Assembly (NCBI RefSeq): GCF_006345805.1 | Contig: NC_043011.1 | Location: 24,750,464-24,814,463 of the forward strand | Direction: 5' to 3' | Length of the DNA: 64,000 nt | Source of the DNA: Octopus sinensis | Taxonomy: Eukaryota | Shown: one piece after another, positions 39,378-52,800 of the stretch | Layout of the letters: every line of letters starts with the position of its first letter | How positions within the stretch are numbered: position 1 is the stretch's first letter | Notes under the pieces: model-generated | What the model was told of the DNA's origin: nothing | Seen by the model: only the letters and a program-made list of their open reading frames with translations | The model's database searches: none | Made by a program: the position numbers and the translations under genes

Positions 39378-40493
39378 AGCGCTATGATTCCAACCAAATA
39401 AACTTTGCTTTCTATACTTTATTATTCTACAAAATAAATTGAGTCACTCAACTATACCTACCTGTCTTTTTCTAAAGGTGTGCATGTGTTTGAATGAAAT
39501 CATTATTGTTTAGAGACAAGATAACTGACTTGTGGAAAAACTAGATTTTTTTTACTGTCTCTACAGTAGCATAATGTATATAATACTGAAAAAAAAATAT
39601 ATTATATTTTTTAGCAAGAAATCTATTTTAAACCATCCTAATATATAAAGGTCAATGTATGTTTCTAGTTGTTTTGCATTTAGGTAGTTGCAGCTTTGTC
39701 TAGGGGTGCAACTTTCTGTGAAGAAGTCATTGACTATGTGACTCACTTTCCTCTCTCTCTCTCTCTGTCCCTCTCATATATAGTTTCTATAAATTTCAGT
39801 GTGGCTAAGTATTGCTGCTAGTTTTTATTTCATAATCAACATCAAAGATTTTAATGTAAATAATATTATAGTCGCCAGTGGGAATTAAAAAGATTATCTA
39901 ACCCATTGTTGATGCCAACAATGTGCTTGTCAGTTGTTTTCATACTTTGTAGTGCTAAGTTGAGTAGAAACAATCACTGCTGTGTTAACTAATTCAACCA
40001 CTGGTGAAATAATGAAATTAAATAATTTAAATTACATCACATTACTTCTATTTCCTCTATGCTTAAAACTTATATTGCCTACAAATGTAATCTTTAAACA
40101 ATCTTTTATATATATATATACACACATACATACACTCTGATTGATTGATTTTGGTACAAAAAAGTTTTCCATGCATCTCTATATTAGGAGTTAGTAGAAT
40201 ATATAATGTTTGTCATGTATAACATATTCACATTACATATCCACATGAAAGTTTCATTCAGTCAGAATTTTTTGTTGACTGATCTGTAAATAAATTTATT
40301 CCTAATCATCTACTCGTCAGCACAGTCATTGAAAATTGAAATAAAAAGAAATTTTGATTTAATATGTAATCTTGTTTACCTTACATATATTGGAAATTTT
40401 TAGAATTGCTTGCATAACATCTTCTAAATTAGATGTCTTTTATTTTATTACTTTCACTTCAGTATTTTAAAATATACCTGCTTGATATTTCAG

Positions 40494-40633
40494 AACTGTA
40501 TTATGGGGGAGAAGCATTGCCTGCCGAGCAGGCCCAGTCTTTCACTTGTCCATATTGTGGCAAAATGGGGTTTACAGAAGCAACTTTACAGGAGCATGTC
40601 ACATCAGAGCATGCAGACGCCTCTACAGAAGTA
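40494..40633 (+). CDS. KCMF1: KCMF1 coding exon 3, C2H2 (Di19-like) zinc finger (ELYYGGEALPAEQAQSFTCPYCGKMGFTEATLQEHVTSEHADASTEV)
   Basis: CAG acceptor at 40491-40493, GTTAGT donor at 40634, 140 nt. CPYC...H...H motif present. Confidence 0.97.
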
Positions 40634-41818
40634 GTTAGTATAATCTTTATTTTTCATTGAGTGTTTATTTTCCACATCTTTTTTTTTTTTCCCTCGTTAT
40701 TTTCATTTGTGTATTTCTTATTATGAAACAGGGAAACAATTTTTAATATGTCTAAAATTATTAGTTTGATATTTTGTCTATATTGTTTTTTCATATGTTA
40801 ATAAAAGAAACAGCATACTGTGTGATTAAGACATGGGATTATAGACTGCAAGTTTAAGAGTTTGAGTCTTTTTACAGTTACTGTATTGTAAAGTTATGCA
40901 GGTTATTGTAAAAAAAATTTTCGCCACAATTCATGTCCAAATTTACAACAAAATAAAAATTCTTGCCTTTTTGATGCTTATGAAAATATATTCAAACTAA
41001 AAAAAAATTTTTTTAATGTGGTAATTTACCAAATTTTGGAAAGCTAGCTATTTAGTTGAGGAAAACTATTATATTTAAATTTTGTTCGATACTTTGGATT
41101 TTTTTTTTCTAAGATTATTTTTTCAAAATTTGACAAAGGCATTCCAACAATTCATCATAAATTATAAAGAAATAGTTTCTGATACTTGGTATTTTATGAT
41201 AATTATGTGTGAATGTCTTTCAAGACAAAAATAGATATTTAATAAATCTTTACTATAAGAAGAGGATTAGGTAAGAAATATGAATAATATTGCTGTATTC
41301 TATACAGTGCATATAGAACATTTTTTTCTTATTTTCTTGATTGCTCGCTGGCAAGACTTGAGTCAACACGGTTTATATTGAAATTCTTCAGATCAGTCAC
41401 ATGTACGTATTGTTGGATATCCTGAAGGCTATCTGCTTTGAAACTAGGTACAATCTTCTGTCAACCTGTTCTCATGAAAATGCTGCAAGTGATGAAACAT
41501 CTTCTCCTGACATTTTCTTCAATATTGTACAAATCTAAAAGTCCTTCTAATCCTGGCAAGAACTTTCTGAGAATTTTGCAAAGCAAATCTTTTTATTCAT
41601 GGTACTCATTTTCAGAGAAACTATATTGTTGACATTAACAAACCTGGATTTCACTTACATAGATATAATTGCATTATAAGTGTTGCTCCATAAAAACCAA
41701 GGGTATCAACAGAAAACCACCATTTTTTGTTTGTTTGTTTTTTAGCTTCTTTTTATACATATCTTTACAATACATAGCTCAGATTTTATGTGTAAACATT
41801 GTCATTATTCTTTTTAAG

Positions 41819-41920
41819 GTTTGTCCAATATGTGCTGCATTGCCTGGTGGGGATCCTAACCATGTAACTGATGACTTTGCTGCACACCTCACATTAGAAC
41901 ACAGAACACCAAGGGAATTT
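41819..41920 (+). CDS. KCMF1: KCMF1 coding exon 4 (VCPICAALPGGDPNHVTDDFAAHLTLEHRTPREF)
   Basis: AAG acceptor at 41816-41818, 102 nt. Ends at the U12-type donor ATATCCTTTT (41921). Confidence 0.95.
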
Positions 41921-44535
41921 ATATCCTTTTCGTATTGTCCAGCTACTGCAAAAACATTTTTGGGATTTTTTTTTGTTCTGTATAACAAGTTTTTTAAACT
42001 TTTTCTAAAAGTAAAAACTCAGTTTAATTAACTGAAAAAATGGTTACATTTTTAATTTCTTTTTGAAATTCATTTTGAATTGTATCTTTTATTATCTCCA
42101 TAATCATGTTTTTTTTTCTGCTCACTTGACAACTTTGAAACGTATTTTTTTTAGCTGTCTTATATAAATTCACTTTCAGTTACATTCAATCACCAGCTCG
42201 AAACATTCCAACCTGAATACATCTCATCTCCCCTTCACATTCAAAAGATTACACTGAACAGCTTCTTATTTTCAGCTAGATGGCACTCAGTCTATCATTC
42301 ATTCATAATAAACTTCAAACATTCATAGTTTTATGACCTGTGTCCACTCCTATTAGCAAAGAATCTTTACTAAGTTTCTTTCAAACAATACTGATTTTAG
42401 TTTACTCTACTTGTTAGCTCCATTCTTGACTCTAATTTCAATACTTTGCTAATAATACCTATCCCCTTATTCTAATGTTAGTGTCAAACTCTGCTACAAA
42501 CTAGCATTTCTTATAGCTTTGAGATGTTGATAATGTGATTGTTTATTTTTAGAATGACAGTATAGGTAACTGTGAGATGCCAGATCTGGCCAGTTTGAAC
42601 ATAAAGCAAGTACAATATTTGAGCCAGTTTAAATGCTAAATGGTTAAATTGCTATCAGTTATCAATTGTGTGGCCTGTTAAATGACTAAGGCTATCCCCA
42701 GATTTGGTGCTCTCTATATACTGTGCATCTGTTTTGTTGAAGACCAAACTATACACTTCAGTTTGCAGTATTACCTGGTCTGTTTTTGTGTCCTTGTGTC
42801 AGCTTTTGCCCACCTCTACTAAGGCCACCACTAAAAGCTACAATCATCATTTATTGTCCATGTTCCTTGCTAGCATGGGTTTGATGATTTGACAGGATCT
42901 TAGGGGTCCAAGTACTGCTTTGGCATGCTTTCTACAGCTGATTGCATTTCCTAACTCCAACCACTTTACTGAGCCTCTTTTCATGCCACCAGTAGTAGTT
43001 GTCACCATGCAGCTTGCAAGACTACAAATCCCAGTGGAAGCAGGAAGTGTGGACAGTTTTATACTAAGAGATAGGGGTGTGGGTGAAGAGCAGGTCCTTC
43101 TTGTAAAAGAGCTACATAGTTATTGACATTTAGGTGGAGTTGGAAGTAAACTAGCAGGTGCATGAGCCAGATGAAACTTTGTTGAAGCTAGATGCTCTGT
43201 CTCTTACCAGCCCTCACCAGTTTCCAAGTAAAGTAATATTTCCCCTCGTCCTTTCAAACAGTGAACAGCTCAGTAGTTGGATGATGGTAACTTTCATTTA
43301 CAATTAATGCATCCATGTCAGGACAACAGGAAACTTACCTTCACTCATTCCTCAGACACTATCATCATTATCATTTAATGTTCATTTACCGACACTACAA
43401 CAAGCTCTCATGTTAGCTTTGGTGTGGTCTCTAACTGATTACTCTTCCTAACACCAAATCTAACATATATACAAACAATGAGTTTCTTTTAGTTTCCATC
43501 AACCAGATAACTCTCACAAGACTCCAGTCAACAGTGTCCATGTAGCTCCTAAGCAAATTTCTTAACCATATGGCCATGCCTGCACCACTATGTGTGTCCG
43601 AGTGTTTGTTTTCCTGTATTGTCTCACCTTTGCAGTTATGTCCTTCATAAACAAAATCTTGCAGCCAAGTAATCCGACATGCAAAGAAGGGCCAGTTAAA
43701 TAAAAAGTACCTTACTTGAAAAACATGTAAAGGTTGGCAACAAGAACATCTTAGCATAGAATTCTACCAAAAAATCTCAGCATTTAATGTTGACTCTTGA
43801 TTGAGCAGACTAGTATTGAAAAGTTTGCCAGCCAGTACCAGCTTAAATTTTATTTCAAACAGTGTCAGTGTGTAGCTAGGACTCCAAGCTTTTAGAGGGT
43901 GATTTGATGTAAGTTCAACATCTATATTTAACCATTTGAATGACAACATAAAGGCTCTCTCTCTCATTGGTTCTGATGTTGATTATATTTTGTGTTACTG
44001 GCAGTTATTTACCTTCATGTCATCCCTGATTGAGCAGACATATGATCAAAGGTATTCTGGCTGTGCTGACTGCATTCTTTGCATGTTGAATCTGTGCTCA
44101 AACAATATATTAGTGAAGACATACAAGCACACACATGCAGATACTGATGATGTGTTTTCACGTTCCTGTCTACTAAATCCACTCAACACCCTGATCAACC
44201 AAAGATTAAAATACACACCTGCCCACAGTGCCATGAAATAGAACCAAAGCAGGAACCACTTGTTTACAGATTAAACAGATATGGCTGTTGGTGATTGCAC
44301 ATCTGAATGCTACAAAGCATAATTCTATGTTATTTGTTGGAAAATGGTTCCACCAACTGTTTTGGGGTTTTTTTTTATGTGCATTGTGATGATGATATTA
44401 TTTACTTTCTAACTGTGGTTGCTAGGTGTGTGGAGCAGAAATTGATGTCTAAAGGAAAATTATTGTTGTCACACCATCAGTTCTGCTCTGATGGTGTGAC
44501 CATCTTGTCTTTTTTTTTTTTTTTTTCGATCTATC

Positions 44536-44574
<39 letters not shown>

Positions 44575-45783
44575 TATATATATCATCATCATCGTTTGGC
44601 GTCCGTTTTCCATGCTAGCATGGGTTGGATATATATATATGCATGCCTACTACATTACATCATGTGTAACAGGCGAAGTAAATGGCCACGTAGAAGCTTT
44701 TTTGTTGGCTGTTTTTGGTGCTGTTACGTGATGCAAAATGTGAGCAATATTGGACTGTCCTATAGCAGATTGTGAACAATTATGTTGTTGATTAGATATT
44801 TAATGGGCCCTTCACTTGTTCATTGCATTGGTTTTTCTGTGTAGTGTTTAAGTGAGTTTTGATTGATTGTGTTTGGTACTGGAATACTTGTAGCTTTTTG
44901 ATATTAATAGTGTCTATTTTGTGTAATTATTTGAATTTGTTCATGCTTGGTGTTCATCTGCAGGTTTTCACACGGTTATTCACTGTTGATGTTATTTAGC
45001 CCTAGCCCGTTCTTGATCAGTTAGACCTATGATCAAAGATGCTGTCCAATTGCAACTATTTATTTCTGTTTCTTTCAACATATTTTATCTACAACCACAT
45101 AACTAGTGTGTCCTTCCTTTTTTCCCTTTTTAAGGCAGTTGGTCTAAAGAAAGCTGTTATTTATAGCAGGTTTGGTAACCATCTAGAGTCTCTTGGTTAT
45201 TGTATTGTCTTCTGCAGTTGACTGACTTCCCTCTTGTGGCGTTTGCATTGTTAACGTTCATTGATAAAGTATTAATTGCTTTTTTCATTCACATTCCTTG
45301 CGTTACTCACATTGATGTCAAGATAAAATACAAGTTTATACCATCACACATTAACTACTTAAGAAGAACATAAACCATTATTTCTTCAGAAAATGCATTA
45401 TTGCCAGGAATGTAACCAAATGCACCAACAGTGGCAATATGCATGCATATTGTTTGAAAATAAAACACAGATTTATCTAATATTCGTTTCAAATTTTGGC
45501 TCACGGTCAGCAAGTTTTAGGGAGGGGTTAAGTTAACATCAACCCAGTTCAACTGGTACTTATTTTATTGACCTCAAAGGAATGAAAGGCAAAGTCCATC
45601 TTGGCAGAATTTGAACTCAGAACATTAAGGCAGACAAAATGTCAGATTTCTACCAGCTTGCCACCTTAAGGTTCATCTACTATTAAAATGTCTGGTTTCT
45701 TTCTTTTAAAAAAATCATCTCCAAAATTTGTTATATTTCTTGTACTCCTTCTTGGATGTATTTGTCCTTAACTTTTTTCTTAC
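41921..45783 (+). other. KCMF1: U12-type (minor spliceosome) AT-AC intron, KCMF1 intron 4, 3863 bp
   Basis: 5' site ATATCCTTTT, branch consensus TCCTTAAC ending 11 nt before the 3' end, terminal AC. Removing the intron joins ...TPREF to EESSGMRHVRR in frame. Confidence 0.93.
42510..42647 (+). mobile_element. Same TTAA MITE family, partial copy inside the U12 intron
   Basis: GTGATTGTTTATTTTTAGAATGAC...CCAGTTTAAATGCTAAATGG-TTAA. Confidence 0.65.
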
Positions 45784-45943
45784 GAAGAGTCAAGTGGAAT
45801 GAGGCATGTAAGACGAATACCTCATCCAGCACGGGGTGTTGGAAGCACTCGTTCTAGGAGAGCTAACATGCATATACCACCTGGAGGATCTACTTTATCA
45901 GGGCTTTCACCTAATGGCAGAGAATCAATGGATCCTATAGCAG
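45784..45943 (+). CDS. KCMF1: KCMF1 coding exon 5 (EESSGMRHVRRIPHPARGVGSTRSRRANMHIPPGGSTLSGLSPNGRESMDPIA-E)
   Basis: Preceded by TCCTTAAC (45765-45772) and TAC (45781-45783); GTTTGT donor at 45944; 160 nt. RHVRR..HP.RG and RE.MDPIA match KCMF1. Absent from the supplied ORF track. Confidence 0.93.
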
Positions 45944-48900
45944 GTTTGTTACATTTTTAAAAAAAAATTTCCTTTGTTTGGATTTACTTTTATTTGTTTT
46001 TGGTTCATATCTTTTACACGATTTACTTTTCCTTTTACTTCACCTTTTTTTTCGTTTTTCAATTAACATTTTATTATTTTCAAAAGATATTGTTTTTGTG
46101 TGTACTGTGAATTATTAAAACTCTTTTCTAGTTAAAATGAATTTTCAAAAAAATACAGTATTGTTGGGTCCAGTAAAAATTTAGCCTGCTTTAAAAAAAT
46201 ATTTCCATTCTGTATTTTGAAGGTTAAAAGATATTGGTTATAGAAAATAATGATATATCAATCTAATATGTAATTTTCGTTGTTCAGTAGTAAGAAATGA
46301 TTAAGCTTCTAGGTTTATTAGTATCAGTACTTTCATAGGTCTAGACATAATTTTTAATGTTTCCCAGTTATAATTATTATACATTAACAGTTTACTTTAC
46401 GTAAAAAGAATGATACTATTTCAGAAGCATTAGAACAATGGAGCTATAATTAATTTTTTAATTGTTATTTGTTATTTTTTTAAAAATATATTCAGTTTTT
46501 ATGTTTAAATTTGTTTTGTTATATATTATAATGTATATTATTTATTGTATTATATCATAGTTTTCTATAGCATTTCTTCTCACGCAGTGGCTTTTTTATA
46601 TTTATTTTTTTGTCAATTTAAATTTTATGTATTTTAATTTTAGTTTTGAGCTTTAGCTTCAGGGATCTACTTTTTAAAGTAGAATTAATAGTATGGTTCA
46701 TTTAAATAGTAATCCTCAGTATGCTTTATTTATTTGGATTATATAATCAACTGTAATATGATACTTTTTTTCCTACTTATACTGGACAAAATTCTTCAAG
46801 TTCTCAGTTGGGGCGGCAGTTAAATTTAGTTTGAGGTTTGGTTCTTAACTCTATTACTAATTCATACCACACATATCTCTATACCATTTTTTTTTTCTTT
46901 TTTTGCAACTTTCAATGCTTCACTAGCTAACTGAATACTCCTGGTTGCATTTATTATAATATATGGCTATGTATGCCATGAACATGAATTAGCTAGATTG
47001 GGGCAAAATATTTTTTCATAAAAATGAAGAAAAACGCTACTAAGATGCTCTTATACATTTTTGTTTGTTATTATTTACATTTTATAAGCTATAACTTACT
47101 AATCACTATTTGGAAATTATTACATGAAATGTCAGAATTGTTGTTTTTGTTAGTCACTATCATCTTTGTCATTCACCTTTTAGGATGGCAAATTTATGGC
47201 TTTGTCTGCTTCTTTACTGAATTATATATATTAAAGAGATATTAAGTTTGAACATACACATGTTAGCTTTTGATTAGACTAAAGAATTAAATTTAAGACT
47301 ATCGAGTTTTCATGTTTTTAGTAATATATCTATTATATGCTGTGTATTTTTGTTTGAAACTAGCAATTCTGTGTGATAAATGTTTATAAAACCTTTGAGG
47401 AATAGAGGCGAAGAATTAAGATATGTAAGGTGATGTAATGTCAGTGAACGAAAACAAAGATAAGGATGTTGTATTGCATTGCATAGGTTGTTATTTTGGG
47501 GATAAATCCCCCTTTTCAAATAATAGATTTTTAAAAAAATGAAAGTAATGAGTTTGAAGAAATTTATTATTGACAAACCATCACAGTCTGAGACAGTTTG
47601 CCAATAGCAGTAAATTTCGCTGAACTCTGATTATTTTCTTTTATTTGAAAGGGAAAATTCGTCCCTAAAGATACAATTATTAAGCAACCACTGTAATACA
47701 ATATCTATTTTTGTTTTAATTCATTTACGTCATTATACATGTTTGAAGTTCTTGCCTGCATTGCTCAAAGGTTTTAAAAACATCACATTTTTATTTACTG
47801 CAGTGCTTCAAGCAAATTACAATACTTTATTTACCAAATCTGAAGATTTGTTTTTTAATTTATGCATCTAATGCTTAATCAAATTTTCAAACATAATTGC
47901 ACCTTAGAACCAATTTTCATGTCTTAGCAGTTGCTTTCATGATTTAAACTGAATTAATTTTGGATTGCTTCTACTGCTGCTGCAAGTCATAGGTCTTGAT
48001 ATGAGACAGTTGTGATGGTAGGATGACAAGATGCATTTTTATTGGTTGTATATGAGAGTTGTAGCTTGTAGTGTTGCTTTAACCAACTCTTCTGTGCCTG
48101 CATTCACCTTACATTTAAGCAGTTTGTTTTCTGATAGTCTTCAGATGCCTTACTTACATGTACACATTGAATTCAGATCCAATATTTCTAATGTAGTGTT
48201 TCAAAACCAGCTACCACATTGTGCATAGATCTGTGTTTTGACAATTCATGTAAGAAACAAAAGTTATAAAAATACTTTTTTCTAATCAATTGTATGTACA
48301 TAGAAATACAGCACCTGAAAATGATCAAAAAATAGACTGCTTGAAGTGTGGGTAGACACACGGGAGTTGAGAGTAAAATATGCATTTTCTTAGTAGAAAG
48401 ATTTCTTTAAATGCAAACATTAGAAAGATTTGTTGAGGTTTCTCTTTTACACTTGAATGCCCTTCTCAGCATGAATAACACTCAGCTATGTGTGTGGAAA
48501 ATTAATCCTCATTTTTAGTTAGACTGATCTTGAAAAAAAATGTACCTTGGCCAAAGTCAGAACAATGTCTACGGTGAAGTCTGAACATGAGTTTTTTGTT
48601 TTGTTTTTATATTTAAGTAGTGCTCTATGCTATGTGTTGGACAGGTCATTATGGTCCGTGTCAGTTTTCATTTACTTTAATAGAGAATACTGGTTATCCT
48701 TGACAGCAAATGCATTTTATCATGTTGTCAGTGCTGGAAATGGAAATATTTTGTGAGAGAAGGACACTGTTATTCGAAGATATTACCCTTCTAGGTGGGT
48801 AATGTGATGCAGCTGTGAAATTGATATATACTATTATCTATTAGGAGTTACTCTCTTCTTAGCTTTACCATTATCTGTCTTGCAAAATAACTTATTCTCA

Positions 48901-49246
48901 GTGTATTTGAAATACCAAGTTTGATAAAAAATCAACTTTTTTAATGGTTTCCTAGAAATGCAGATAATGTCCAACCCTGGTAAAAATAAGTAATTTGTAT
49001 AATACTTTGAAGCTTGTCAAACCAGTATTGTCTTTTCTTCGAAAGATTAAATTTGTCTGTGTGTATACAAATATATGTATGTATAGTATTTTACAGCGGT
49101 AACCAGTAATTGTCTGTATCTGAGTTGAGTTATCACTATGACAACTTAAATTTTTCTGACCAGTATTTTTATCTTTCAAATTTTTGTCTACTACACTAAC
49201 TTTCAATCTGTTCACCATGATCATCAAGAAGTGATATATATTGTTG

Positions 49247-49721
49247 TCATCGCCATCATCTTTGTTTTAACATTTATTTTTCCATGCTTGCATGGGTTGG
49301 GCAGAATTTGTTGAGGCAGATTTTCTATGACCAAGTGCCCTTCCTGTTGCCAACCCTCACCTGTTACCAAGAAAGGTAACATTTCCCTGTGGCTGGATAT
49401 ATGTTTACACAGATGTTTGAAAATGAAGGCCATCTCTTGTGTGACAGTAGCACTTGTTTGCTTATTTACAGCAATCTTGCTATGTCAAAACTAGGAGATA
49501 CTAACTCTCTTCCACACACATGCACTCACTCTCTCACACACACACACACACACATAATGATGAGCTTCTATCAGTTTCCATTTACCAAATTCATTCACAA
49601 GGTTTTAGTCAACCTAAGGTTATAGTAGAAGACATTTGGCCAAGGTGCCATGCTGTGAGTCTGAACATGGGACCTACTAGTTGTGAAGCAAAGTTCTTAA
49701 CCACCGAACTCTGCCTGTACC
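49247..49721 (-). mobile_element. Full-length composite CORE+Meta SINE in KCMF1 intron 5
   Basis: Read on the minus strand: head, (TG)n, body, Meta-like segment and (ATG)n tail are all present. Confidence 0.78.
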
Positions 49722-52604
49722 TTTCTATATAGCGTCCTAAACTGAGTTTGAACTAAGAATCTTTATTTCTACTTGTTGGGTGTTAAAGAATACTTAGCCA
49801 CATAATGTAGCAGGGGAATACTTAGGCAAAATTTTGAATATTTGACAAATGCACAAAAGATGAAATTAATGGTCTGTCAAATTTAAGCTCTATAAATTGC
49901 AAACTTTACAAGAAAAAAGGAACCCATTTTAATTGATCTGTGTTGTTGAACTCTTGAGATTTGCTTTAGTGATCAGCTAGAATTTCTAAAGTTCTGATCA
50001 TATGAAAGCTTATTGTTGAAGCAGATGTGATTGAATAATTGAATAATACTCAGTCATTAAAAGGCAAAAAAGAGAATGATAGTTTATTTCCATTTTTCAT
50101 GTTGCCATGGGTTGGACAGATCATCGGTGTCTCTCAGTTTTTTTCCAGAGTTGCTGCCTGAGAGCTACACCTCATTTGTATGTGCCATTTTGGCATGGTT
50201 TCTATAGCAAGATGCCTTTCACAAAGTGTACTGGGTGCATTTTATTATAGCACCAGTGCTAGAGAAGTTGCCTTGTCCAAGGCAAGATAAAGAGGTCCTC
50301 TCTATTCTATATAGTCTCCAAGAAACAAGAAGTTACATTCTAACAGTTCTATTGTTTAATTTCCTTATATTCAGTTATAAACAATAATTATAATAATCTT
50401 TACCATTACATCAAAAGTGATATTTGAAAAGATTCTAAAATGTCAATGTTTACATTTTTTATGAATCTTGGTGCATCTTTCTTAGCACAAATCCACAAGA
50501 TTGGTGCCACAATTGTCATCCTGAAACTTTATATTTAGCTTTGTTGAGGCCCACATTTAAAAACAGCAAAAGTGATCCTATATCTGATATTATCAAATGT
50601 CACATGTATTGTTGAAAGATATGAAGTTATGGAGACTAACTAGAAACTTTGCATGGAGTAATAGTTATTAGAAAAAATATGAATGTATATGATTATTAAC
50701 TGGGTGGAAGATTGGTGTTATTTTGTATTTACTAGTTGGCTCTCAAAAATTATTTTTCTTTCACAATAATCCCAGTTAAAAAATAGAATTCTAGATCTCT
50801 TGGCATAATCCAGTGTAAGGAATCAATGGTGGGGAATTATCTAATGTCATATAGTTGATCTTTGCTCTGATTTTAATTGATCCTATGTGAAACCTTTTTG
50901 TCATCAGCCTTACTTTCCACTGTACCCCTTTGCTTGTTAATCACTCCTTATAATAACCCTATCTCTGCCTCTCTCCACTGAGACCATGGGATACTGTTTA
51001 ACAACCCTCACTCTAGATAATAGATTTGCTCAAGTCAAACATCCTGAGCCCCAGTAGTTGATTGTACTTATCAGGACTTTCAACTTCAAGTTTGAATCTA
51101 TAAAATGAAGGATTATCATAACCAAAACTACCCTCTGGTTGCTACATTACTAAGAATGAAACAAGGAAGTAACTTCTACGTTTGGTTAGTGTTCAGTGTT
51201 TGCAAGACCCAAGTCAGTTCATCAACACAAAGAAATGTGTTGATGTGCCATAAGAGGAAATGTTTTATGTTTTTAGCAGGTCATCTGACTGATGAAGTGT
51301 ACTTCCCAAAATATTTGATATTTTTTTTCTCTTCAGAGAGTGTTTTTAAGCAGTTACTTGACCTACTAGAATCCCATTCTACTGTCTTAAAAAGGTTGTA
51401 CACACTGGATAGTGTCATCCTAGATTGTTTTTAATTGCTGTAGGCAGGAAGAAGAGCACACCTGTGTTCTTTGTATGGAGGGAGGATGTTACACCTCAGA
51501 TTGCTGCAAGAGGAAGATGCATCACGTTATCCTCCTCTGACAGGAAACCTGATCTGAATGCTTGCGACTGAGTGGATTCACTAACGGATCAAATGTTTAA
51601 CTTGGGTTAGATGTCACCTAAGAACAGGTACAGTCCATCTAATGACTTTCCACATGGTTTCTGTTTGCTTGATTTCAATTAAAAGACTTGGATCAGCTTA
51701 TGGCTATTGTAGAAGACACCTAAAAGATCAAATCCCTAACCATCTGATTGTGAAGCAAACTTCTTAAACCACAACCTGAAAAAATGCTATGGTTATTGGT
51801 GGAGCATCTTTGATCATAGGTCTTTTTAATCAACAGCCAATATGGTGCTAAATATTTTCGTATTTCTCAGTAGAATGACTTGTTGCTCAAACAGTCCACT
51901 TTGATGATACAATATAATTTGAGTGAGATTTCGCTGCTACTTCTAATAGGCCAAGTAACAACAAAGAGACTTCTTAATTGTCACTATATGAAGTCCAAGT
52001 TATCTTTATAAGTTATCCAGTCAAAAGATCAATGATCTTTAGGTTAGAAAAGTGTTTTGATTCTCAAAGAAAAAAAAACATTGTTATTGTCCACTTGACA
52101 CATATAAGAAATGTGAATGATAAAGATTATGATTATGTTGAAGCTATATACCACAGTGCCTTTTATGAGTTAGTCAAGGGAGATGGGGTGGTGCCTATGA
52201 CATTTGAAGAAGCTGTCGAAAGTGAGGATCTCTTGGATTATCTTTATTCTGTGGGCCTTGTCTGAATGCCAAAGGCACCCAAAGACCTGATGATTTGTAT
52301 GAAGTTGAGCAGTAGATTAAGTCTACTACAAAACTGTGACAGATTGCTTCAGTTTCTGTTCTACCCTATTTCACTCTGTCGTAGGTCATCATGATGCTTT
52401 AATAGAAAGAACTTCTGCAGAACAAGATCAAACCTGAAACCATGTGATTGCAAAGCCAACTTCTTTACCACCTGGCCATTTTTGCACACATTCTAAATAT
52501 TTAATCTTTGAAATTTTCTACATTTCATTATACATATGTTATGATTAGAGTGTTACCTGTCATATGATGGATAATATCTGGAAATAGTGTGTATGTATAT
52601 ATAT

Positions 52605-52800
52605 ATCATCATCATCATTTAGCGTCCGCTTTCCATGCTAGCATGGGTTGGACGGGTCAACTGGGGTCTGTGAAGCTGGAAGGCTTCGTCAGGCCCAGTC
52701 AGATCTGGCAGTGTTTCTACGGCTGGATGCCCTTCCTAACGCCAACCACTCCGCGAGTGTAGTGGGTGTTTTTTACATGCCACCAGCACAGGTGCCAGAC
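52605..52800 (-). mobile_element. Young Meta-domain-like SINE (CpGs intact)
   Basis: On +: TCATCATCATTTAGCGTCCGCTTTCCATGCTAGCATGGGTTGGACG...GGCTGGATGCCCTTCCTAACGCCAACCAC. Confidence 0.85.

Noticed and set aside
41392-41447. Cryptic 56-nt poison exon in KCMF1 intron 3 (TTCTTCAG...AG|GTACAA)
   Set aside because: It has plausible dinucleotides only; such pairs are common by chance and there is no conservation evidence.
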